64,000 bases of DNA from Pelagomonas calceolata. Lineage: Eukaryota. Where the stretch lies: assembly GCA_918797485.1 (NCBI GenBank), contig CAKKNE010000005.1:1116001-1180000 (forward strand), written 5' to 3'. The notes under the pieces are model-generated. The model did no database searches. It was not told the origin of the DNA and saw only the letters and a program-made list of their open reading frames with translations. The position numbers were made by a program, and so were the translations under genes. Below, piece by piece: positions 31,101 to 39,050 of the stretch; position 1 is the first letter of the stretch, and the number at the start of each line of letters is the position of its first letter.

Positions 31101-32765
31101 TCGAAGAACGTGGAGGTGACACTCGTGGCCGCGGCCTTGTTGTTGCACGATTTGATGAAAGCGAGGGACAAACGCTTGGCGGGCTGCTTCCCTGTCCCGA
31201 ACAAGGGCTTCGCCGCAAGCAAGGAACCGGTGCAGCAGCGGGAACTTGTTGATGAAAGGCTGTTGGTAATCGACCCGGAGGGCACCAAATTTGACGAATC
31301 ATTGAATTTCAGGGAGGTCGACGAGTTCACGGCGCAGCACATCCACAAGTACGACGGGATTTATAGATCAAACCGCGTGCTGTGTGTGGGACAAGGCCGC
31401 AAGGGGAAGACCTGGGTCACCCCGGAAGGACCTAGTGAAGAGGATAAACAGAACGCCATCGATTCACTGCTCAATAAGCATCGCGACTTGTTCCGTGAGA
31501 GGATCATCCACAATAGAACAACACGCCCGCACGATAGGTATGTGTTGAGTTGGGAACAGGACGCCTCTTCGGAGCCGAAGGACCAAAATGAGACCATGGA
31601 GGACGTGCAGCCCGGCGAGCAGACCGTACTGTCTACACAACTACCGTTCGACGCCGGGTCTTTGGCGGCCCTGGAATGTCCGTCGGTACCTATGCGAGAA
31701 CTGACCCCAGAGGACAAATTTATACGCTTCGCGTTTCTGGCGCGCGAGACGGTCGAGTGTGAGAACGGTAGAGAAAGCAAGGCTGCCCTGATTGTACCAC
31801 ACGAAGCGGGGAAAGAACACGAACCCCATAAGGGTCAGCTTCGCGTGCTCGCTCAGTTAGTGAAAGGTAGGTTCACCCACAAGGTGAAGTTCGCATCACG
31901 TGCTTCTAAAAAGCTTACTATTTTGGGCGAGGACGATTATGGCTTCGAATTTAAACCGACGGAGGCGCCTGCGATGTACAGAGATACGGAGTGCATTTTT
32001 GTGCTGGATCCCAGGGCCAAGGGTAGTTCTTTCATACCCCGATGTGCCCATGCGAAAGGTTTTGTCACACTCGCCCCTGGATGTGCGTGCGGCTTAGAGT
32101 GCCCTGGTTCTCAAATGGAGATCCACCAGCACCATATCACTGCGCATGAACGCGACTGCCTCTTGGCCCCATCCACACACTGCATCAACAGTGGGTTGCT
32201 CGCCAGCGGCATTTGGGGAAGGCAACGACCCTTACACGAGCAGCTCAACAAGCTCTGGGGGATGATCAAGCATCAACATTCCATTAACGATAAAACCTTT
32301 GTCCATCTAGCCGAGATCTCGGTTCCAGTTGAAACTAACCAAAAGTCTGGCGAAGCATATCCTGGAAATGCTACTCTAATGAATGCATTCAAACCAGGCG
32401 GCGAATTATCTAAGCACTTGAAAGTAGCTGATCCTACTCGTGTACATGAGCTGCTGCCAGAGGGTCTGCCCGACGACGTCGCGACGGGGGGCACGTACTA
32501 CGAACTCAAGAAGGATAGTGAAAAATACTTCCCGTTCTGGGGCCGGGACACGCTTCTCTATTACGAATCGAAAAAAACGCTGTCCGTTGTTTATGGGAAA
32601 TGCCCCATAACAGGAGTGGGCGGACGAAAGACGAAAAGAACCACTCGGCTCCTTGTGCTACACCACATCACAGTCGATAAAAATAAGGAATGCTTTGTTG
32701 GCTTCATCAACGACAATGTGAACAGGGGCCTCGGCAGCACCGACGCCCCGGATCCGTTTGCCTAG
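25170..32765 (+). CDS. 2531-aa mosaic protein: EF-hand, 47-aa repeats, ubiquitin-like, RAMA-like, UIM, BRCT, SANT/Myb, GREB1/TAGT-like glycosyltransferase fold
   Basis: Uninterrupted 7.6-kb ORF; domain motifs listed in findings. Confidence 0.8.
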   Translation: MDRGASPRTGDVGSGPGGTKDAHKKALGPQDGGGGPSTVIALGGNGSGSSYPTKPVDLDADTKKRYRPRHFKRVKERRNRRKRDQDERLFIKGLKAKATNEEPNRKERREGVQGFKPPKKTVKLSVPPPKTVIVDDGSNKFGSLRVESEVPSLISKTTTISTTTSVEEDVYWSPCESTDKPVISYKVEDLDPKDERDSKICNVVLRGNHYINKQERRTTFVGALKTHFDAHKSGDDGLSKKEVNAALKSFAKKDRTGKFRKLEELEALFGDMDLNGAGRVSYDELTDFIDDIDADDIGAGRNHRGKGAGGIKTIYLKEDRVPKLDYIYREDLQVTYSLKLGRLKLRLKLRYIIQQLAFRRQHKVSLKVTHLMAETFKHNLMFLNNIPNKDVVVSHGLLALPSTSAFDGAATAAPGEASFEGQHAALAALGQAVLAALGVAFFQGSTPIDVVGGYVFSLDVLGDALSLDVLTNSNVLHKTGFMGAAPTVVFLGGSEGLNALLLDASAAAALDGVFKGLFGVAALRGQPVVVGAAPDVPWYNSSDGLDVFSGNLCQRAGGARLVGALTDSLDGLRTASLAVAVADAACVQGSASLDVALCQNSPRAVARLVGALTDSLDGLRKAGLAAAVADAACVQGSASLDVALCQNSPRAVARLVGALTDSLDGLRKAGLAAAVADAACVQGSASLDVALCQNSPRAVARLVGALTDSLDGLRKAGLAAAVADAACVQDPEAVLSDKPLLAEAMEEDRLDSMKEQKVIQILVMTASGAMPSVFVKPWATVGDLMLVIQQMMDVPLSKYQHLQSIGGRPMQNAALLQHYDIQNNSTVVLSEPWPGHLLGGSLLSLKELIDKGSLNVGDIIVFREHNHQEEGELLENGWIRHEGTVYKSASAFVGAMRGKPSSGYDFLYTATGTPIQSLRSDPSDSSSNGDDLRSDSNSDDEAPPQPPGDQQLAGRRRRQPTERFDHQTQVGQYYVKRGSAVGGADDGDDDVVMEDDDEQSQLQQALKMSMQPMGEGFVEETTAPTLPATPGAAPDHARPGGVPPPPSLPPAKRSLQPASPTSGNVKVFFDDNFLPSESVLQGLRNAGVRIVGRPRDATHIVCEEPLRLSLTFTAASCVVDHAVTHEWVEATIEAGRPLEATNYVVDSHELEQDVGFNLADNLRRNREAVDRSELRLLQDKVVCVDPDFQWRRDLLDDLQEMIDCSDAMRLEFSDVVDLDGTLPQEGAIIICKDDSGLVDEAIVDDIASPTTVVKYWDLCEYLLRRAYPWDEATGDAQAPGQPPAHAPPRDVEDWRSLMGATVVTPEGSNGRCVALHVDSSSEEDRELSELRWEAGGFIEEGLLRRNVGFVEFEAVSPSDGLPHVLRWDGAPKPNVRGTFDVVFADGTPATVDRIMTWLRPDQWSSLSRLPDGCWCRPLAREPQDEWGRIVGTLRSPDPGLLYEVRMQNEERSISVMESSLVPIVLVRDTTGHLSPYAVSALRRPASQGADGGDVQTGGDPSPPPAPPAPREALPEEAGNWPKAFIELLREKKVKCKFKSPNPKRGASAARYDGYMRATNIGDYYDIFRGNMSDLRNDITKGYCQLDKSERDDAWLEYLESGEDLQSKAEKPKAKKPKAKPAAKSGAGAEDTTDEDMFGTNTTPPAEPLVLPPDWNESKQRAKDPELEAAVCALGAALTGKTSFTKEWDLLLKHRCYCFYIHEDDPANKAVKNLEVPIGWPSYKEFSKSPKKNKPSSLRLLRQYLKYALQLAKEGDKYCLDDEQSESNRFWPEEREKFHGAMATLNINRSGRGLSREDCRRIAEHLPNKTPQQVHAHACSYFSSFDAEAQAIEKLTSTGDSYVKSVLGTDTINTSELLFCIISTGRWIDAKFIELRLSKAGLEASQILWVVGTPEEVAKYKSQCSGEVVVGGGLSASRNKALETARARNRVCVQLRDSVWKCVVIQEGPEEGGSLADFYNKNGLWKEPPSLEAANTTGSKNVEVTLVAAALLLHDLMKARDKRLAGCFPVPNKGFAASKEPVQQRELVDERLLVIDPEGTKFDESLNFREVDEFTAQHIHKYDGIYRSNRVLCVGQGRKGKTWVTPEGPSEEDKQNAIDSLLNKHRDLFRERIIHNRTTRPHDRYVLSWEQDASSEPKDQNETMEDVQPGEQTVLSTQLPFDAGSLAALECPSVPMRELTPEDKFIRFAFLARETVECENGRESKAALIVPHEAGKEHEPHKGQLRVLAQLVKGRFTHKVKFASRASKKLTILGEDDYGFEFKPTEAPAMYRDTECIFVLDPRAKGSSFIPRCAHAKGFVTLAPGCACGLECPGSQMEIHQHHITAHERDCLLAPSTHCINSGLLASGIWGRQRPLHEQLNKLWGMIKHQHSINDKTFVHLAEISVPVETNQKSGEAYPGNATLMNAFKPGGELSKHLKVADPTRVHELLPEGLPDDVATGGTYYELKKDSEKYFPFWGRDTLLYYESKKTLSVVYGKCPITGVGGRKTKRTTRLLVLHHITVDKNKECFVGFINDNVNRGLGSTDAPDPFA
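26844..27357 (+). repeat. 141-bp coding tandem repeat, about 3.6 copies
   Basis: Near-identical units start at 26844, 26985, 27126, 27267. Confidence 0.95.
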
Positions 32766-32776
32766 TTCGCACCCGC

Positions 32777-33125
32777 CGTGCATTATATATAGCGGAGGCA
32801 CGACCGCGGTCCTACTATTAGAGTCGGTATCGCCGACATGTCGACGCTTAGTCGACGCCTACAATTCATTACGTGTGCGAGGCCATGAGTCAGAGACGCC
32901 GACGAGGCCATGAGGACACTCGCGGGTCGTGTATTATATATAGCGGAGGCACGACCGCGGTCCTACCATTATCTTTAGTACAACAGACGAGTATGGAGAT
33001 TACTAGGATGGACCCCCACGGATTTAGTACAATTGTCCACCGCGGATTTACTACGGACACCGCGGTATTACTATGGATCCATACGGATTTAGTACAACGC
33101 GCCGCTGCGAATTTACTACGGACAC
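32777..33125. repeat. Non-coding direct repeats (44 bp x2 at period 151; degenerate 65-bp period pair)
   Basis: ATTATATATAGCGGAGGCACGACCGCGGTCCTAC at 32782 and 32933; CGGATTTAGTACAA at 33019/33084; ATTTACTACGGACAC at 33046/33111. Confidence 0.9.
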
Positions 33126-33466
33126 GTGAGCGGCGAGCACGACGCTCGACGGAGCGGATCGTGCAAGAAGAAAACTTTGGGTTAGATTACCGAGCGTCGG
33201 AAGGCCCCCGAGGTCAGGTCGGCGTCCGTGGCCACCATCTGCCGAATGGTGGTCGCGTATAGAGGCGAGCGGCCGGGAACGGATCGGACTGATTATTGCG
33301 ACAGGACCGGACTGTTAGGGCCGCCCACGGTTGCTGTGCGACGCCCCGCGCGGGGGGCATTTCGCACGCGGCCGTGTTAGTGTAATGTCTATAAGAAGTA
33401 TTTCTAGTAAGAAGTATTCTCTACAGAACCACAACCCGCTTTGAGCGCGGCCGACCTAACTCAAGA

Positions 33467-33853
33467 TTAATTAGTATCCCATCTTAGCCGTCCCTGCCAG
33501 TACGCCCGGTTTATCGTATCTAGTTTTACGGTGCAGAGCGTCACGAGGCAGAGCCGGTCTTGCCGGAGCGCGGCGACGTCGGCGGAGAGGTCGCGCCTCC
33601 ACTCGTGCGTTTTCTTGGCCTTGCGGCGGCCGGGCAGCATGCAGAAGCCGACGCGACCCGCGGCGTCGGGCAGGCCCGCGCGCGATAGGAAGGCGACGGC
33701 CAGCGGGTGCGACGCCGAGGTGAACACCGGCGGGGGCACCGTCTCGCTGCGGGTCCAGCGGTGCCAAAAATACCTCAGCGGAGGATTACGACCCTTGGTC
33801 CGTCCGTCGCGGAGGATCAACCCTTCGAAGGGAGTCCTGTACCTTGGCTTCAT
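33467..33853 (-). pseudogene. Probable 3'-truncated CDKN3-like/dual-specificity phosphatase fragment
   Basis: GRVGFCMLPGRR...RRDLSADVAALR...LVTL; the ORF ends before any HCX5R motif. Confidence 0.5.
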
Positions 33854-34288
33854 ATAGTCGGGCGTACAAGTCTGCTCTCACACACAGCTGGCAGCCACAA
33901 TAATGAATGCGCTGCCCAGGCTGCAAACGGTGCTGCCCCGGACGTAATGACTGCGTTGCCAGGCTGCGAAAACAGCTCTCCATGTAAACAACGAGGAGCC
34001 TCTCACTCCTAAGGAGGCGTCCTCTTGCGAGAATGTCGATCTGTTTGTCTGCCCTTCGGGAGCGTTCCTGAAAGTCCAGGCAAATTCTCCGGCTCAGCCG
34101 TCCCGAGAGCTGGACGAACCGTCCAGCCCTCCCTCTCGCATGACTCACACAGCCACGCCCCAGCAGCTTTCCCCATGGTTGTAGGGATATCGGAGCAAAC
34201 GCCAACTCGCGAGTGCGAGAAGAGGTTCGAACACAGATGCTTACGTCGTAGAGAGGGGGGAGAGAGAGTCGGGCCTTGTGCACGCAAC

Positions 34289-37200
34289 TCAGTTCTTGCC
34301 GGGACCCCAGTCGTCGTCGGAGTCGTCGGAGTCGTCCTTGGGCCGCTTTCGTTTGACCTTCTTGCGCGGCTTCTTGGGCGGCTCCATCGACGACGTGCGC
34401 TTGAGCGGCTGGTCCTTGGGCGGCCGGCCGCGCGGCTTCTTCGGACGGTCTTGTAAATCGCCGTCGTCCTGCTCTTCAGCTAATAATCGGCCGAGATCCA
34501 CGACCAGCGACGAGCGCACGGACCCGCCCCGGTTCGTCCCGACGGCCGCCAGCGCACTGCGAGAGAAGAGCGGCCCGCACACCAGCGGAGAATCGTCACG
34601 AATCGCACCTAACTGTTTATCGCAGTCGCCGTCGTAGGCCGCACACCGCGCGTCGCCCAATCGGTGCCTTCGCTTGATGTGGGCCTTCAAGCGACACAAC
34701 AACGAAAAAGCACCACATCTAGCGGCATCTCTAGCAGACACGTCAGAAGCATCCCTCAGCGACTCATGGAGAGCAGCCCCATCGAGCGCACAAGCCCGGG
34801 CACACGCTCGAATAACCATGAGCGGCTCGTCGGCCGTCCGGAACGGCAACGAACCCAGGGCCCTACAGGTGGCCGCCCGTTTCCCGAGCCAATTTGATAA
34901 ATCTCCGTCTTTCGCAGGGAGGTCGTTCGGCGTGACGAAGACATCCAAAGCGGACTTGAGGGCCTTGGCCCTCGCTGCTCTACCTTCGCAGCACACTTGG
35001 TACGACGTCCCGACGGCCTTGAGGATGGGTAGCGGGATTTCGTCGGAGTAGCGTCTCGCCGACGCGCACGCGTCCGCGAAGCCTTCCGAGAAGCGTAAGG
35101 CTACGAGTTGCGGTCTCTTGGCAGCGGTCTCCCTCAAAGCATCCGCGGCGGCGTCCCGGACCTTTTGCAGCTCGTCGCCATGTCTTCCGACTAGTAGAGG
35201 CGCTATATCTCGGGGATTCGCGAGGCCGTGCCTCAGGACACCGTTCAGGAACGTGACTGACGCGCATCTCACGTCCCCATCGCGGTCTTCCAAGAGTGTA
35301 GAAGCCCTCGCTAAGCAAGCCTGGGCGCACGCCGCCGCGGCCTGGAAGGCGCCCTCGGCGTCCTCTCTCAATGACTCATCATTGCATACGACACTTCGCA
35401 CGGACTCCGAATCGGAAGCGTGCTGCGCTCGAGCGGCTCGATCGCACCCATCCAGGACGTCCGCCCAGCCTCGCAAGGAAGCAGCTCTCACAGAAGCGTG
35501 GGGATGACTTAACAACCTCTCCAACAATCCGTCTGAACGTGCAGCGTTCGCGAGGCGCGGCGCGCCGGCGACAGACGCACACGCCGCGGAAGCCGCTCGC
35601 GCCGCCGCGGCATCATTGGAAGACGCCTCGCGCGCGACACACGCAAACACGGCGCCGTGCGGGTCCCGCATCCGCGCTAATGTACTGGGCTCGCTCTCGT
35701 CGTCCGGAGCGCCTCTGGCCAGGCCGCACGCCCAATCTTTTGCCACACATCCTAGCACTAAGGCCGCCCGTCCCACGTGCCTTCTCCTCCTCAGCAAGTC
35801 GTGACACAATGCGGCCAAACGCCACAGCGATCTTCCAGCCTCGGTGTTCGACCTCGTTGCGTCCAAGGCAGCGAGACAAGCGACGGCTGCCGTCGTCGGC
35901 GCGCTTCCTCGGGAGTTCAGGGCGGCCTTCTCGAGATCAGGTGAACATCTAGCTGCCAAGGAAGCTGATGCTGGTCTAGGTAGAGCACTACACGCGGCGT
36001 GAATGATCTCCGCGGCCTTTTGCACCGCTGCGGACTCGCCCTTCTCATCCAACCCGTTGTCGCCTCGCAGATAGGGTGCTATCACATCTAATGAGGGAGC
36101 CACGGTTTCCGGAGCGCTCCGCGCGAAGGCTCGGATCGCACTCAGTGTCATGACAACATCAGAAGCGCTCTCTTCGGTCAAGGAACCAGTTATGATAGTG
36201 TGCTTGTCCGGCGTCGTCTGGGGCGTGACCTTCCCGTCCGAGCGGGATCCGTCCAATCTAACCAAGTGATCAGCCAAGTGCGCGACGTGCTGTTGGGCTC
36301 GCAATCGCGCAGACGCCGCCTTCCTGGACTTCCCGTCCTGCTCCGTGAGGGCCATGGCGAAGACCGCCCCGATCGTTTGGTCATCTCCGGCCGCAGACAC
36401 GACGTCCACAACTTGCCTCGTAATTGGGTCGAGGCGATACGCGGCCTCCTTGATGCGAGGAGCGTCCGTGACGCTGGGAGACACGCGCGGCAACAAGCGA
36501 GGCGCCGCCACGTCAGCAACGGGCGCGAACCAGGCCTCGCGGATGCAGTCTCTCACTAAGTCCTTGACCGTTCGTTCCTCACTCGGACGAGCGGCACATC
36601 TAACAAGAGCAGCTAACGTGCGCGCCCGCGCATCGGGCGGTATTCTCGCATCCGTCAGCGTCGTCTTTAGGCGGCGGGCGGTGGCTTTTCTGACGGCTAG
36701 GCCCGCATCTCTCAGTCTCTTCAAGAGGTCCTCTTCGTAATGAACGAAGAGCGACGGCTGCTGCTGGCACTTCGTGCCGCACACTTCCACCGCGGCGAGT
36801 CTGACACTGGGAGACTCGTCGGCGAACCTAGACCGCATGGCCTGCTGGACGACGTCTCTTTCCAGTAGGTGATCACACGACGCTCGGCCTAGGGCTCTTA
36901 GTGCTTTGTCCCGCACCTTCGGCTGAAGGTGGGCCAGCAAGCCTACCAATTGCTTCGCTAGTAATGATAACCCTCGCGCCAATGGTGAACCTTGGACAAT
37001 AGCGCACGCGACGCCTCGCAATTTGTCGCGCGGTAGAGCTGCGTCCCACGAAGCTCTTCGAACTCTCGCCACGTCCCTGCCCGCGAATTGCGATGCTAAA
37101 TGGCGCTTCAACGCCTTGGCCGAGTCGGGGAGCTCGGCGTGCCATTTTGCCACACTGTATCTAAGAGCTTCGCCACAGAGCGGCTCTGACGACGAGCGCG

Positions 37201-38560
37201 CCTCGAGGCCGTTGAGCTGGAGCTGCTGGAACGCCACCAACGCTTCCAAGCGCTGGTTCTCCTCGGGCACGTCACAAGCCCCGCCTTGCTCTTGCACGAC
37301 TGGTGTTACTGATGAGGTAGCCCGTTTTGTTACTGCAGAGACGCCGCCCACAATGACAGCCAGCAAGTCCCCGAGGAAGCACACATAAGGTTCGGCCTTT
37401 CGATCCGACGGGGCCTTCCTCAGTTCTGTGCTAGCAGATCGAGCTAACGACCTTAACACGCTTTCACTTGATGAGGACCAGGCCGGCGCTTCTAACGCCG
37501 CAACTAGATCTGACGAGAAGGCTAGAGCTAGGTCGCGCCAGTCGCTTTCGTTCGGGCCCTCCCGGCACCTTCTGAGTAGAGCTCCCGTCAACGCATTTGA
37601 ACATCTTTCACTTTCCGTCACAGACGGGACCTCCTCCGCCAGAGGCACGCAGGCCTCGGTGATAACTAAGGCCAGGACCGACGCCCACCGCGCGGAACCG
37701 CCCAAATCATCATCTAGAGCTATTCTCGAAGAAGACGTCTCCGTCCGTAAGACATCTAACCAGTCTTCTAGTAATGCGGCTCGATGCGACGGGTAGCTTC
37801 GAGCCGCAGCGCGCCACACTAACAAAGCGGTTGGCGTGCCCCTGGTCTGTAGTATAACACCAGCAGCACCACAGGCGGCCGCGACCGCGGCGTCCTCCAA
37901 TGCCCGGGAAGCGATGAGGTCTGATAATGCAGTCAACCCCTCCTCGACGTCGAGGCCGGCGCGCGCCTGGCGCCGTAATTGCTGAGCCCGCTCGTTTGTT
38001 CTTTCGGCAGAGGCGTACGCGCCGCCGCGCTCCGAGGCTAGTGTGAGTGTGGTAGCGCAGGCCTCTAAAGCTACTTGGTCATCCTTGCAGGCGTCGTCGA
38101 GCAGCTGGCAGGCCCTTTCTTCGTCGTTCGTGGCGCACTGCGCGAGCGCGCGGACGTCGTCCTTCGTTAACGACTCCTTGGCTTCGAGCGCGTTCAGGAG
38201 AGCGAGGGCGTCCTCCGGCGGCGCTGCTTGCTTCTTCGGCGGCCGGCCGCGCTTCTTCGGCGGCGCGGCCGGCGGCGCGTCCGTGCGGCGCCGCTTCTCG
38301 GGCGGCGGCTTCGAAACGACGGCCTCGCCGCGCTTCTGGCGCATCTTGCTTTTCAGGGAGGGCTCGGCGTAGCTCGCGGGCGAGCCGGCGCTTCGCCGGC
38401 GGCCCGTCGTGCTCGTCGGCAAGGGCGCGAGCGGCGGCCGCGGCGGGCTCGCGGCGCGCTTCTTGCTCGCGAAGACGTGGCCGCAGGGGCACCTCGCCTT
38501 CCTGGCGTGGACCTTGGCGTCGCAGGCCGGGCAGGTTTTTTGGGGGCCGCGGCCACTCAT
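34289..38560 (-). CDS. NIPBL: Cohesin loader Scc2/Nipped-B-like
   Basis: HEAT motifs VRDKALRAL, DESPSVRLAAVE, LRDAGLAVRK; C-terminal LRHGLANPRDIAPLL and LPFRTADEPLMVI. Confidence 0.88.
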   Translation of the reverse strand: MSGRGPQKTCPACDAKVHARKARCPCGHVFASKKRAASPPRPPLAPLPTSTTGRRRSAGSPASYAEPSLKSKMRQKRGEAVVSKPPPEKRRRTDAPPAAPPKKRGRPPKKQAAPPEDALALLNALEAKESLTKDDVRALAQCATNDEERACQLLDDACKDDQVALEACATTLTLASERGGAYASAERTNERAQQLRRQARAGLDVEEGLTALSDLIASRALEDAAVAAACGAAGVILQTRGTPTALLVWRAAARSYPSHRAALLEDWLDVLRTETSSSRIALDDDLGGSARWASVLALVITEACVPLAEEVPSVTESERCSNALTGALLRRCREGPNESDWRDLALAFSSDLVAALEAPAWSSSSESVLRSLARSASTELRKAPSDRKAEPYVCFLGDLLAVIVGGVSAVTKRATSSVTPVVQEQGGACDVPEENQRLEALVAFQQLQLNGLEARSSSEPLCGEALRYSVAKWHAELPDSAKALKRHLASQFAGRDVARVRRASWDAALPRDKLRGVACAIVQGSPLARGLSLLAKQLVGLLAHLQPKVRDKALRALGRASCDHLLERDVVQQAMRSRFADESPSVRLAAVEVCGTKCQQQPSLFVHYEEDLLKRLRDAGLAVRKATARRLKTTLTDARIPPDARARTLAALVRCAARPSEERTVKDLVRDCIREAWFAPVADVAAPRLLPRVSPSVTDAPRIKEAAYRLDPITRQVVDVVSAAGDDQTIGAVFAMALTEQDGKSRKAASARLRAQQHVAHLADHLVRLDGSRSDGKVTPQTTPDKHTIITGSLTEESASDVVMTLSAIRAFARSAPETVAPSLDVIAPYLRGDNGLDEKGESAAVQKAAEIIHAACSALPRPASASLAARCSPDLEKAALNSRGSAPTTAAVACLAALDATRSNTEAGRSLWRLAALCHDLLRRRRHVGRAALVLGCVAKDWACGLARGAPDDESEPSTLARMRDPHGAVFACVAREASSNDAAAARAASAACASVAGAPRLANAARSDGLLERLLSHPHASVRAASLRGWADVLDGCDRAARAQHASDSESVRSVVCNDESLREDAEGAFQAAAACAQACLARASTLLEDRDGDVRCASVTFLNGVLRHGLANPRDIAPLLVGRHGDELQKVRDAAADALRETAAKRPQLVALRFSEGFADACASARRYSDEIPLPILKAVGTSYQVCCEGRAARAKALKSALDVFVTPNDLPAKDGDLSNWLGKRAATCRALGSLPFRTADEPLMVIRACARACALDGAALHESLRDASDVSARDAARCGAFSLLCRLKAHIKRRHRLGDARCAAYDGDCDKQLGAIRDDSPLVCGPLFSRSALAAVGTNRGGSVRSSLVVDLGRLLAEEQDDGDLQDRPKKPRGRPPKDQPLKRTSSMEPPKKPRKKVKRKRPKDDSDDSDDDWGPGKN

Positions 38561-39050
38561 GGCGCCGCGGTGACCTTCCCGGGCTTTTTGATTTAAGGCT
38601 GTGTTCTCGTCACAGGCGCGCGAACGCGTCGTCGCGTCGCGGCGCCCAGCTCAATTGCAAGTAGCTGTACTGCTGCGCGAGCTGTGTGGCTGCGCGGCGC
38701 GCTATTGGCTGTGTGCAGGTCAATTAACTCTTGCCGCCGCGGGAGACCAGGCTCTGCATTTTGAGTGTGAGAGCCAAGTCGAGAAGCTGAAAGACTCGTC
38801 GCCGCAGCCTTCCGATCCCTCGCGTACAGCTACAAGTCGCCGCGAAGCGCACGGGCCTAGCTGCGAGACACTCTAGAAGCAGCAGCAAAGCAACCTCGGC
38901 GTCGTCGCCGCGACGCGCAGCGGTGCTGTAGCGGGGTGCTGACCCGCGATTTCCATAGCCCCAGCAGTGCTGCGTGACCAGCGCAGCGATTTGCAAGAAC
39001 GCACAACCAGTGCTGCAGCACAGGCAGAGTGCTGCAGGCAGCACTGCAGC

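Noticed and set aside
32777..32971. CRISPR-like direct repeats
   Set aside because: Only two copies, a spacer over 100 bp, no cas genes, eukaryotic context
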